From contig NC_068981.1 of NCBI RefSeq assembly GCF_001194135.2, positions 75,359,112-75,423,111 on the forward strand: a stretch of 64,000 nucleotides of DNA, in the 5' to 3' direction. Below the pieces are notes generated by a model. The model worked only from the letters and a program-made list of their open reading frames with translations. It was not told the origin of the DNA and ran no database searches. This document shows, piece by piece, positions 1 through 13,295 of this stretch. The position numbers were made by a program, and so were the translations under genes. The number at the start of each line of letters is the position of its first letter. Positions within the stretch are counted from its first letter, which is position 1. This DNA comes from Octopus bimaculoides. Lineage: Eukaryota.

Positions 1-1684
1 TTGTGAACTGCAAATTTATCCAATGATAGAAGTAAAGTGAACATTATTAAAAATAAAGTATCGTCATCAAAGGAGAGATTAAACATATTAAAATTAATTA
101 TTCAATGGTTTAATCAGGTAATAAACGCTTAAACCTGTGAAACTAAATATGCAGCAGTTCTGATAGCACTTGTTTCTTTTTATATAGCTTGCATACGATT
201 TAGATAAGCAACGTTTTTTTATTCTAAATGCATGTTTAAAGACAGCGTCTCAAGTAAAACATTTACAATCATTTTCCTGCTTTATCTTTTCAGAGAGGTT
301 GACACTAACTTAACTTTCAGAACAGACCAAATAATATCGTATGGCATGTGTTTTCTTATTTTAGTTATGGATCCAAGTGCATGCGTATAAGAAAAGTGAA
401 AAAGAAATAAATTAACAATGCGCGACGTATTAGTAAATACGCAAACGTAACCAAATCAAAATAACTAAAATAGGCAATTTTTCGCCGAATATCAAAATTT
501 GTGCATCGGTAGTGTACATATGATTTTCAACATTAGTCTTCAAGGCAATAAAAAGAAGCAGATGTATACGGAGAGTTTATGTAGAAGAAGTAGTAAAGTT
601 CTAAATGGCATTTAACTTACAAGAAAACAGCATTTCGGTGGAAAAACCGAACACTACTAATATTACATAGTTAGTTTCATAAGCATACGTTAGCAGCCGA
701 AATAGTAACTGTAGCATGTTTAATTTTCCTACTACTTTTTTGGCAGGAGGTAATTACGTTTTGTTCTACTCTAATTCTTTGCTCAATTCTTAGACATACT
801 TTTCTGCCCACCTTTAGAACCAGCAACTTATATTTAGGTCTTTTATCCACATTTAGTATTGATTTAGTGTTCATGTTTAACTTAATGTGCTTCTTCGTAT
901 TGCAGTAACACGACGTTCGTGCTTTCCTTTAATACTTTATTCAAGAGGAAAGGCTGTGCCCAATCACCGAAGCTGATGGCAGGGATAGCTGTATCTTAAA
1001 ATCAGAGATTTATTTCAAATGCCTATTGAACTTATCGAAGGCTCTATGAGAGTGGGGTTAAACCTGATGTTTTTGCTTTTCTCACTTCCTAACAACAATC
1101 CCAGTAACGTTAGGCAGTAACGTGAATAGAACTTTTCAGAACTTATTAATAAAGGACAACTATCTATGTAATTTTTACATCAGTGTTTAACGATTTGATG
1201 TGAAGGAAAATGTTGCTGCTATAGTTTATGTAGACTCTTTAAATTCTTTCAAATCAGCTTTAGAACCCGTAACATTATTTTAAACACAGTATTACGTATA
1301 GCATAAAGAATTGAGGGAAATCTGATGCATTGCTTCATTGGTTTAATGAAATGCTCAACAAATTATGTGCTAGATTTCTTCAATTTGGCACAATGAATTG
1401 TTATGCTTTTAAAACCTTCTTATTGAAGAAAAAATGTTGAATTCGTCAGTTTCGAAACATAGTTCAGTTACAAATGGTATTATCGTGTAGGCATGATAAT
1501 CTGTGATTCACTTTGATAGCTAATACTGAGGCGATGGGAAGCTTAACAAATCGACAATTCATTCCATTTTAGTGTGGGACAGTACTTGATGAATCAGCTG
1601 AAATCAAGATATCCTGTTGTTAGATAAACACAGTTCTGATGATTATTACTGTTATATTTTAATCCACAAGATAGTTGGAAAGAA

Positions 1685-1688
<4 letters not shown>

Positions 1689-1758
<70 letters not shown>

Positions 1759-1762
1759 TATC

Positions 1763-1797
<35 letters not shown>

Positions 1798-2778
1798 CTA
1801 TGTGTGTGTATATAAGGGAACTGACGTATGTATAACATAGGAAAGGACTGTTTTTTTATGTCGATGTTATTCTATCAAAGCATTTATACTCACCTGACTA
1901 CAAGTCAGGTTAGCTAATTAACTGCATTAATAAATCCTGCAGCATTCAGTGAGAAATATTACACTTAGACTATCTACGATCACTCTCAATGATCAAGTTA
2001 ATAAAGTTAAGCCTTTGTATCACAACAAATTGCTCGATGAAAGTAAAGATATAAACTATGTATTAAGAGTAGATAGAATTATAAATAGCATAGATAGACA
2101 AAACATTTCTGTACATTATATCCGAAACTTAGCTGGAGAAATACCACCGTCCTGTGAGCTTACATTTTGAAATTAAAACATACGCTTTTTGATATAAAAA
2201 GGAATATTGTAAAAATGCTCCATCGTACAATTCAAACAGGAAATCCGATGTCCTGCGTGCAGCTGGGGTATAGAAAGTAATATTTCCGAAAGTATATTTA
2301 TTAAATATGAACTAGGAACGCTTCATGTCGTGTAATCACCAATTTCTTGAAGCTGTCTTAGATTATTAGCTGGTCATCTATCAAAATAGATAACATATAT
2401 CTACTTATAGATTCCTTCCAGCCCTGTATTTACTGCTTTAAAATATACACATATTACTGATTTACTTACCTTTCTATTTTGATTTCGAAATCTATTGAAT
2501 TTAACACAATATCATTCATCGTAATAACTTCTTTCGCTAGTCTTGGTCTAAGCTATTAGATGATATGTTCAAGTGTCTTTTCAAATATGACTTCCCTTTT
2601 TTGACATATTGCTATGGGCTCTTTATATCTTCCTTTCTTCTCCATCTCCACATGATATTGATTCCATACACTCATTGTATATATTACATCCCTTTTCATA
2701 TTTATGTATTAAGACTTTACCTGTTTCATTCTAGATTTTTTCCATTGATACAAACATTACTATGTACATGTGTTTGTC

Positions 2779-2874
<96 letters not shown>

Positions 2875-2918
2875 GTGTGTGTCTATGTATGTATGCATGT
2901 ATGTATGTATGTATGTAT
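1689..2918. repeat. (CT)n/(CTAT)n at 1689-1798 and (ATCT)n/(TATG)n at 2780-2918
   Basis: Direct reading. Similar (CTAT)n tracts at 44775-44890 and 56873-56944. Confidence 0.95.
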
Positions 2919-3477
2919 ATTTACAAATATGAAATAAATATGCCTGCAGGCTATGTGCGCTACACATTTGGTAAAAAAAAAGAATTCAAAACTGATCACG
3001 GAAACGATTAACGAAAAAAGAATCCGTGGCAAGAAAGCCTTGGAAATCCTGACTACAAACGCAGTTTTGGCGCGTTTAAAGACTGAAGACTTTAAATTCC
3101 ATGGTATTGCTCTTATGGCTGCACTAGTGATATAGGGAAAAGCACTGATGCAATAGACAAACAAGGACAAAACTAGAGAGACAATAAAATACAAGTAGGA
3201 TGGTAAGAGAACGGATAGAAACAATACGTTGACAGAATTTGTTTATTAAATTGCTGCACGGAAAAACGATAAAAATTTAAAGGAAAACAGGAAAATCCAC
3301 ACAATTATCGACTGAAATTCAGCAACATTTTAACACCTTATCTATAGTATTGTATAATTTAATGTCGTCTACATTAAAAGGTTGTTATAAATGAGCAAAC
3401 ATGAAAGAAAGAAGGGGACAAGTATAAGACTTGGTATATAGATCAAAACACATGGGCATATGAGTATATACACACGT

Positions 3478-3522
<45 letters not shown>

Positions 3523-3532
3523 NNNNNNNNNN

Positions 3533-3576
<44 letters not shown>

Positions 3577-3870
3577 GTATCTATGTAATATATACAATTT
3601 AGTAACGAAATGAAAAACGACTGCTCAAGATCGGATAGGACATAATTCTATTTAAAGTAATTGTGTTATTTCACAATACCCAATTGTTTTCTGGTGGAAA
3701 CAACTGCAAACATTTTATGGACGGACGACACTCTGACATCCAAGTGCCGATGGAAATAGTGGAATGCCATTCGTTCTTCAAATTACGTTTGACTGAATGC
3801 CAATGTTTCTGCATCTAAATCATGTTACTGAAAAATAATACAATTCGATCATGTACAAAAATAAAAAAAA

Positions 3871-4239
3871 CACAGGCGTGGTTGTTTGGTAAGACTCTTC
3901 CTTCTCAATCAAATGGTTCCGGGTTCAGTGGCACCTTGAGCAATTGTCTTCTACTATGGCCTCGGGCAAACCCAAACTTTGTGAGTAGATTTAGTAGCTG
4001 GAAATTGAGAGAACCCCGTCGTGTGCATATATATATATTTATATAACGACAGATCGTTAAACACTACACACATTTTTTTCTCTCCTTGTTTCTTTCTGTG
4101 TTCCTTTCTGTGTTCCTTTCTGTGGAAGAGCGTATGCTCAAAACGTTAAAGACTTTTTCAATTCTCGAGCGTTATACTAATACATCTGTTTGTTTTCTAC
4201 ACCACCTTTCTTCGTCTGTTGTTTTTTGTGAATTCTCCT

Positions 4240-4293
<54 letters not shown>

Positions 4294-4498
4294 TGTGATT
4301 GTCCACCTCCCATTGCTCGACAACCGATGGTGATGTGGTTATGTCCCTGTAAATTAGCTGTTTGGCATGAGAGACCGATAGAATAAGTACTAGGCTTACA
4401 AAGAGTAAATCCTGGGGTCGATTTCTTCGATTAAAAGCCCCTTAAAGGCGGTGCACCAACATGGCCGAAGTTAAATGACTGAACCGAGTAAAAGAATA
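3871..4498 (+). mobile_element. tRNA-derived SINE, family 1 (head 3871-4022, tail ~4290-4498), interrupted at its internal TA/TG microsatellite by another repeat
   Basis: Head has A/B-box-like GGCGTGGTTGTTTGGTAAG...GGTTCCGGGTTCAGT. Tail GACAACCGATGG...GATAGAATAAGTACTAGGCTT...GGGGTCGATT...GACTGAACCGAGTAAAAGAATA. Homologous copies at 17479, 33772 and 53872. Confidence 0.85.
4040..4245 (+). repeat. Interspersed repeat nested in SINE; possibly a Penelope-like terminal repeat remnant
   Basis: Pyrimidine-rich unit with GAAGAGCGTATGCTCAAAACG hairpin. A related segment (…CACACC.TCTTCGTC.TT.GTTTT…) occurs at ~8225-8270. The Penelope assignment is from recollection only. Confidence 0.35.
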
Positions 4499-5534
4499 CG
4501 CACGCAAACACATACCTATATACACACATACACACATGGTGATTTATAGAAATATATATGTTCATCTATACATGTAAGTATTTATACGTATTGAATAATA
4601 TATCGGTATTGTAACTTAGTTCATATGTACTAGCGGGAATCAGTGATGAGAAATTAACAAACTACTGGTTAGTTCAGCTATGATTATCACATGAAATAAA
4701 GCTGATTTTTGGAAGTTATGCAGCATAGATATTTGAAGTAACATAAAGCTTGTTTATTTCCCATCACTGCTTCGCGCCAGTAGTTATATATTTGTTCAGA
4801 CCGGGTGGTCTAAGATTACAAAGTAGTTACTAGAATTGACTGATGAGTTACTTTTCTTTTCTATGCCCTGCTGAGGACATAAGTGCCAGTAATGCATCTA
4901 GAGGTACAGAAAGGGCACCACTTTGCTGATACTGGTATATTTACACCTTGTACCATAAGTGAAAAATTTTTCTCCGCAGTAAACTGCAGTGAACTTTAGA
5001 AGTTACAATATGTCTCAAACGTGCTTACAGTAAACTAGGGTTGATTTTACACATACACACGCATACACATAAATCTTACACATTTCCTAGTAGATGGTCT
5101 TTCTAATATCGTCATGTCTCTAAGATATGTACTGTTTCTGTATGTGTTTGCAAAATCTTCTTATTCATCGCACAAAATACACAATGGCGGCGTATTGACA
5201 CCTGTCCTAAATTTCACACTAATTGTCCAGAAGATTCGACACCGAGCTGCCATGATTAATCCTTCTGTCTCTTTTGTGAGAAATCTCTTTTTCAACCAGT
5301 TCTAAGTGTGTAAGCTACTTTCCGTCTCACTATTCTTCATAAAGAAGTAAATATTTGAAGGTGTAAATATTTTCCATATAACTGTTTTCCATTTTCTAGT
5401 ACTTCACTACCTCATCTTTTATTTGTCCTTCATCTATCACAAACCTCCTCCTCATCAGCCTCTCCCTCCTCCTCCTCCTCATCATCATCATAGTTATTAT
5501 TATTATCATTATCATAATCATTATTATTATTATT

Positions 5535-6085
5535 GATTGACAAAGCAGTGCATGCCATTAAAGAGACACTGGTGTAAAATATACAAAGCTCAGAATACTC
5601 ATCATGACTACTTGTGTAATAAGGTCACATCAGGCACATGCATCACAACCATATCTGCGCGACATGGTGATCTCATATCAAGATAAACAGGTCATAACAT
5701 CGCAGGCGGGGCTCGGAAACTTCTTCAGCTCAAGAAGCATATCCCGCTCAAAAGGTGCCTGAATAAGGGTCGTTCAATGATGTTGAAAGAAACACTCATG
5801 TTTCCACAGGTGAATTATCCAAACCCCAAAGAATTCCTCTCAACACATGGCTATGATGCTCCCCCACTACTTCTGATCGTGATCAGAGATGTACATAGCG
5901 TCAGCCACCAAACGGCATGCTCAATTGTTTAAGGTCAAACAACTGACAAGCACATCTGTGGTATTGAGCAGAATGTTTGCTCTAGCCTATCATTTATACC
6001 AAGACAAAACAATGTACATGATAACACTTCCAATCAGTTAAGATCAGAAGACATGTGAGCCAGTGCCTGATGCTGCATCAGGGCA
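5535..6085 (-). mobile_element. ~550-nt non-coding interspersed element without a tRNA head, bounded by (TTA)n, copy 1
   Basis: 5535-5870 aligns with 7019-7338 (e.g. CAGGCACATGCATCACAACCATAT.TGCG.GACATGGTGATCTCATATCAAGATAAACAG). Flanked by TTA repeats on both sides. Strand is inferred from an (AAT)n tail and from truncation of copy 2. Confidence 0.7.
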
Positions 6086-6107
6086 TTTATACTGGATCAG
6101 GGCATGA

Positions 6108-6943
<836 letters not shown>

Positions 6944-6951
6944 TGTTGTTG

Positions 6952-7004
<53 letters not shown>

Positions 7005-7018
7005 TTATTATTATTATT

Positions 7019-7338
7019 GAGTGAGAGAGCAGTGGATGCCATCAAAGTGACACTGGGGTAAAATATACGAAGCCCAGTATACCCATCATGACTACCCGTC
7101 TGATTAGGGTACACCAGGCACATGCATCACAACCATATGTGCGTGACATGGTGATCTCATATCAAGATAAACAGCACATGACCTCGCAGGTGGGGCACAG
7201 TTAGAATTTTTTCAGGTCGAGTAGCCCATTCCGCTCAAAAGGTCCCTGAATAAGGTTTGCTTAAGGATGTTGAGCAAAACACCCATGTTTCCAAAGGTGA
7301 ATTATTCAAACCCCAAAGAACTCCTCTCAACACATGAC
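7019..7338 (-). mobile_element. Truncated copy 2 of the 5535-6085 element, between (TTA)n tracts 6957-7018 and 7339-7394
   Basis: Clear nucleotide homology to 5535-5870. Confidence 0.75.
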
Positions 7339-7374
<36 letters not shown>

Positions 7375-8110
7375 CATTATTATTATTATTATTATACCTC
7401 GCTTTTAGCTAAATTTGCTATTAAACATAATTTTTTATATGTTATCAATAATACACCATATAAAAACAAGTGAGTGTAGATAAGTGATAAGGCCTTAATT
7501 TAATCACCCGCTCTCTCTTTCAGAAGTTTTTAATAGTTAATAATTGAGTCGACATTTATACATCATATTTTCAACCATATAGATTTTAAACTATAGAGAA
7601 TTATCTTTTTCATGACGTTTGTTGTAAATCCCTTTAAAATCGGAAGTGATTCTTAACTGAATTGAAATATGAAATTGATAATAAGCATAAATTTCCCATA
7701 TTAAGTTTCTTTCCATTGATCGTAGACGTTTGATTATATCTATAATTTATATTAGTTGATAAAATAGATTATATGATACACATATACACACCCTAGTCAG
7801 AGACAAATACACGCACGCACATATACAAACACGAACACACACACACGATCTCACAGACATACACATGCACATACACACATACGTGCGTATGTGTTGAATC
7901 GTTTGCGTACGTTTCTATGTAGACATCTATATATATATATATATTTATATTGATTAAAGATTAGCAATTAAATCACTTAATGAAAGGATTGCAGCGATAA
8001 CGTATAAAACATTCGATTGTTATATATATGTATGTGTGTATAACACATGTGTGTGTTTCTGTATATATATACAGACACATAAACACATACATACACACAC
8101 GCACGAACAC

Positions 8111-8148
<38 letters not shown>

Positions 8149-8804
8149 TCTCTACGTTTTTCTTCGTTCCCTCTCCATTTTTTTCCTCTCAATCCTTTCT
8201 GTCATAGGACGTCAAATTAACACACCTGCCTGTTGATCCCACACCGTCTTCGTCATTTGTTTTCTATAAATTTGAACTATACGTATATATAAATTGTTGT
8301 TGAAAATGCACCTGAATTTGAGAAAATTTGTAATTCCCTCTCCATTTTTTATTTATTTATATACGAAACTAGTTTCAACAATATTTTTTTATCAATCGTA
8401 AAACTTTAAAATTGCGAAGTAGAAAAACATATTCAAAAAATTCAGTGTTTACAAAATTCAATAATATCAAATATGATCTAAGTGTCCACGACATTCAATA
8501 ATATAAAAAAATTATGGATCATCCTGTTTAAATGCACAAAGTTCAATAATGGTTGAAGTGATCAATAAGAAATGCGGATCCCCAAAGGTTCGGTCATACC
8601 GAGTTAAGAGGGAGAAAAGCAAGGGAGAAATGAAGATAGTAAAAATTAAAAGGGGTTACAGTTTCTGTGATTCTTCGTCCGTCGTGTGCAGGGATTTTCG
8701 CTTGTGACGGCGTTTCTTAAAACGTATATTCATCGTGTTTCTCTTGCATATCAACACAAAATTGCTTGTGTTTTTGCTTCTCATCTGTCTTTAAGACCCT
8801 ACAA

Positions 8805-8858
8805 TTATATCACTAAGCATTTCGATCGGTGGACTAAGGATTCTGCCAGCTCGCCGCT
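8805..8858 (-). mobile_element. SINE family 2 head fragment
   Basis: Reverse complement GCGGCGAGCTGGCAGAATCCTTAG...CGAAATGCTTAG matches the head of the 27331 SINE. Confidence 0.55.
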
Positions 8859-9589
8859 ACTTACATTCACACTTACTTACATACGTACATACATATATGC
8901 ATAAATACATACATACATGTAAACATGAATATATACATACAGGTATCAACATAGCGATTGAGAAAGAAGGGGGTGTTAAGAGCAATAAAATGCAGTTATG
9001 GAAAGACAAATACGTTTTGTAAATGCATTTGTTAATAGAAACAATATATGTGTGCATGTTAGTGCGTTGTATATATGCAGTTACTCGAATATACATATTC
9101 GTGTGTTTCTATGTCACTATGAGTCCTTCGTATTTAGTGAGCAAAAGAAAGAAAAAGTGCTGAGCTAGAGATTATACGTTCGTAGACGCGGGCGTCTCCG
9201 CGCTCTCTACTTGTCTCCTGTTCTCCCTTTTACCGTCAATATACTTGATTCTCTCACTATATAAATATATATGTTCACTCGCGTGCGTGTGGTGTGAGTG
9301 TGTAGTGTGTGTGCGTGTTGTGTGTGTAGTGTGTGTGTGTGTGTGTGGTATGTGTGTATGTTTATGTTCCTATATCTGTATTATACATATGCTTAAGCAT
9401 GTATATATGTATATATGTTTATATAAAAATATACATATGTGAATACACACATATGTATATATATATACATATATATACATNNNNNNNNNNNNNNNNNNNN
9501 NNNNNNNNNNNNNNNNNNNNNNNNNNNNNNNNNNNNNNNNNNNNNNNNNNNNNNNNNNNNNNNNNNNNNNNNNNNNNNNNCACCCCACA

Positions 9590-10640
9590 CATAGTACAAT
9601 CCCTCCATTCACTTTTAAGACCAGCTGCTAACTGACAGTGTTTAGAACACACGTGAAAGGTATTATTCAAGTTTCTTCTGCATCTTTACCCTTTGGAATC
9701 TGATTCTGAAGGAAGGTTTTGAGAACTAGCATATATCTTTTAAGTCTAGATATTGTCTTACAAGATTCGTGACGTGACACAAGTCGTAAAAAGGCGCTTG
9801 GTATTCAAAATTATTACCTACCTGAGCATTTCGATTTTCATGTGGCTTCATATGATTCACGTATCCTGCTTTTGACAACAGAGCACGATCACGCATAATA
9901 CATATCCCATGTTCACTGTTGATTTCAATTCCAACTGTTCGTTAGCGACAGGCCCCTTTAAGCTCAGTGTGCTGAATCATCTTTTCCTCCCAGACGTTGC
10001 AACTAATCCTAATAGCACTTCCGATCCAGAACATCAATTTCCCAATCACTTTTTGTTCATAACGAATTTCTTCAGCTTATCCTTAACACAGTCTTTATAC
10101 CTTTTCCTTGGCTTATGCTGTGGTCGCTTACCAGAGTTGAGCACATCATAAAAAAGACGCTTTGGCAATCGCTTATCTTTCATTCTAATAACATGTCCAG
10201 TCCATCTAATTTGTGACACGATAACATGTTATTCGATTGAGTTACAACGGACCATGCGCAAATACACTGTATCTGGTATGAAACATTCTCACTTGACTCC
10301 CTGAGGCACTTTTGATGAAATCTCTCCAGCATTTTCATTTTGACGCCTATAAGTGGTCCATTTATCATTCGAATAAGGAAATGCAGTCAATACACACGTT
10401 TTATAGACACTGATTTTTGTCTGCAGGAAAATGCCTCAGTCCGCCCATACTCGTTTTCGAGCTTTCCAAATGCTAGACTTCCTTTCTCTTTTCGATAGTA
10501 TATCTCTGCATCAAGATCTCCATCTCTTGAGACTGTGCTTCCAAAGTAAACAAAGGTGTCAATGACTTCTAACCTTGTTCAATTCACAAAAATGCTTGGT
10601 TCAGAATATGTTTGTCCTGGCACTGAAGGAAGCATTACTT
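9590..10640 (-). mobile_element. Decayed RTE-clade (BovB-like) LINE 3' part: end of RT, C-terminal region, C2H2-like motifs
   Basis: Minus-strand frames: RLEVIDTFVYFGSTVSRDGDLDAEI; TKISVYKTCVL; MLERFHQKCLR; CIMRDRALLSKAGYVNHMKPH; FHVCSKHCQLAAGLKS. Multiple stops and frameshifts. Confidence 0.85.
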
Positions 10641-13104
10641 TTGTTTTCCCAAATACATACATACACACATGTATACGTACATACATACATACATACATAC
10701 ATACATACATACATACGTACATACATACATGCATTTAAACATTGCAAAACCAAGACAGAAAACATCAAGCACATTATTGCCAACTGTAAGAGAATGTCTT
10801 CCAGATATCATCGTTCCATCAGGTATAATGCGGTGGTCAAAACGGTTTGGAAGAGGATAACAAAAAGAAAGTACATACAAACAATGTTAACCATACATAC
10901 ATATATATACATATATATATACATACATACATATAACTACATACTGGCATACATACATCCAAACATGAGCAGCAAGGTATAAATGTTTTATGGGTATTGA
11001 ATGGGCAGACAAGCGAATTTGACAAAAATGTACAGAATGTTCTTTCATTAATGAAAATAGCGAATTTCTTTTACCCATTGGGAGAATGAGCTACATTCAA
11101 ATTGAGCGAAATACAAACCTTTGAAATGATCTGATCTTGCTCCAATCTTCGAGAGAGCACTTAGAAAGGCAAAAGGAAAATACGCGCAGTAATGGCATAA
11201 ACACGAGTCACGATTGAATATTTAAACTGATCTGTGAACAAAAGCTGGTTCAATTTGCATTGAAACGTTGACCAGTGAGCTTACTGCCTTTGTTAACTAA
11301 TCATATATGATTAATGTCACACTATTCAGCCTTCAGCTAATGGTTGCTCTAATCTTTAGTACTGCCTAACACCTGACACGAATTACAAATATACATTAAA
11401 CGTGATTACGTTCGCTACTGAATACTGATCGAAGTGAAACACGACGAAATAGCTACGCTGCATCATAAACCTGAACGCAGATATGCTTTGACTATATTCC
11501 TGGTCTGCATTCAATATTTGAATATTGGGTCTCTGTTCGTTTATATAACTATTCTCTTTCATTCGATTGAATTTCATCAATCCTTCGAAGGTAAAAGATC
11601 TTTCACATATGATGTTAGTTGTATCAACTTACCATTTTAAAGGAAAATAATATTTTACCTAAAGAACAAGTTTTGACGTATATTTCAAAACTGATATAAT
11701 GTATTTTCTTTGATTTTATTATATAATCTTTACATAATACTTTCAGTTAAAATTCAGATGTTTTTGATAAAAAATCTGTATATGTACAGGAACATATCCA
11801 ATATTTGAAAGTGCAAGAAAATAATGTTCTGTCTTCGGAATACAAACTTTTGTTATAAATATCCATTGCTAAACACTTTAAATACATAAATGATAACACT
11901 GTAAAAAAATTTAAATATAGAAAGTTGTATAATTATTAATTTAAGAATTTGAAATTAACATAAACACATGAGGATATTGTTAATAGTAACGATAAGTGCT
12001 TGTCAATGTAACTTTTCATTGAAAAAGAAGCTATTTCAGACTGTAGCTTTTGTATTTTCAACAATAACCATGGTAATTGATATGAGACGACCTTCATCTT
12101 TATTTAACAGTTCGTACATTTTTTTACATTAATAAATTTCTTCATCGTATTTTGTAGGTGTGTAAGCACGAGCGGTTGACAATTGTCCACTATATTTTGC
12201 CATTTCGTAAACAGTTGTTGCTCTACAAGACTTAACAAAAATTAATTGTTGAGTCAAAAAGCATGTCTGTGCAGCAAAATAACTATGAAAGCACACGCTG
12301 TAGCTTTATAAGAGATAGGCAATAGCTGGTATCTTCCCATGACATACACAAAAAATGGAACCTCAAGGGCCAAATATATTTGCACATAGATATCAGCGTA
12401 AACAAGTAAAATCAACGGACGGTGGGGGGGGAGATTCAGAGATGAACTAAATATGCTATTACCAGGAATTAGAATTAAGCAAAGCCCCACATTTTGTAGT
12501 GCGACAGTACAAAAGAAAAGAGAAAATGAATATCATTTTATGTTATAAAAAACTACCAAAATTATCATAAACAAAACAACAGCAAAATATATAAAACTCC
12601 AGAATTAAATTAACTTCCTTATTATGCTTTGTAAGGCAGTCTGCCTTTTAGTTAGTCACACATTGTCAAAAGACAATCTACGTCTTTTAGCTATTATCAG
12701 ATATGCACACAGCACGTTGTATTCGATCACACCAAAAAATATCTAGCATTGGTAATTACGTTAACCAGTACTACCAACTTAGCTGCCGGGTGGTCAGCAA
12801 CTAAATCGGCAACACCCCTCTAGGATATCACACTCGTATATGGAGCTTAAAGGAACAATCTGCTGCGACAGATATATCATTACAAGTCTACAAAGGATGA
12901 TGAAATACAAAAGACAAATGTTGTCCATCGGACTTACATTATGTTTTTTTAGTCGTGCATTTTTTACTATGTTAGCTAGTTTTGACCGGTTTCTTCTTCT
13001 CACTGACATAATGGATTTGCTGTCCCTCTACGCCAAGGAAACCTAGTCAAGAGACGTGGCATTGTGTAAAGACTTCCCAAGCTGGATTATATAGTCCTTG
13101 TCTA

Positions 13105-13295
13105 AAGTTGTCATCATCATCGTCGTCGACATTGGCGTCATTGTCATCGTTGTTATCGTCGTTGTCGCCATCGTCATCGTTGTCTTCGTCGTCGTCATCG
13201 TTGTTATCATTGACTTTGTCGTCGTCTTCGACGTCATCTTCGTCTTCGTCAACGACGTCATCTTCATCGTCGTCATCATCGTCATCTTCGTCCTC
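13105..13295. repeat. Cryptic (GTC/ATC/GTT)n trinucleotide low-complexity tract
   Basis: Mixed CGT/CAT/TGT triplets that give poly-D, poly-T, poly-S and poly-V ORFs in several frames. Confidence 0.9.

Noticed and set aside
3871-3945. tRNA-like A/B boxes (also 17479, 27331, 33772, 53960)
   Set aside because: They continue into SINE bodies and lack a cloverleaf; these are SINE heads, not tRNA genes.
12254-12490. Hydrophobic ORF with a faint GPCR-like look (also 2883-3224)
   Set aside because: No diagnostic GPCR motifs in register; T-rich strands give such ORFs by chance.
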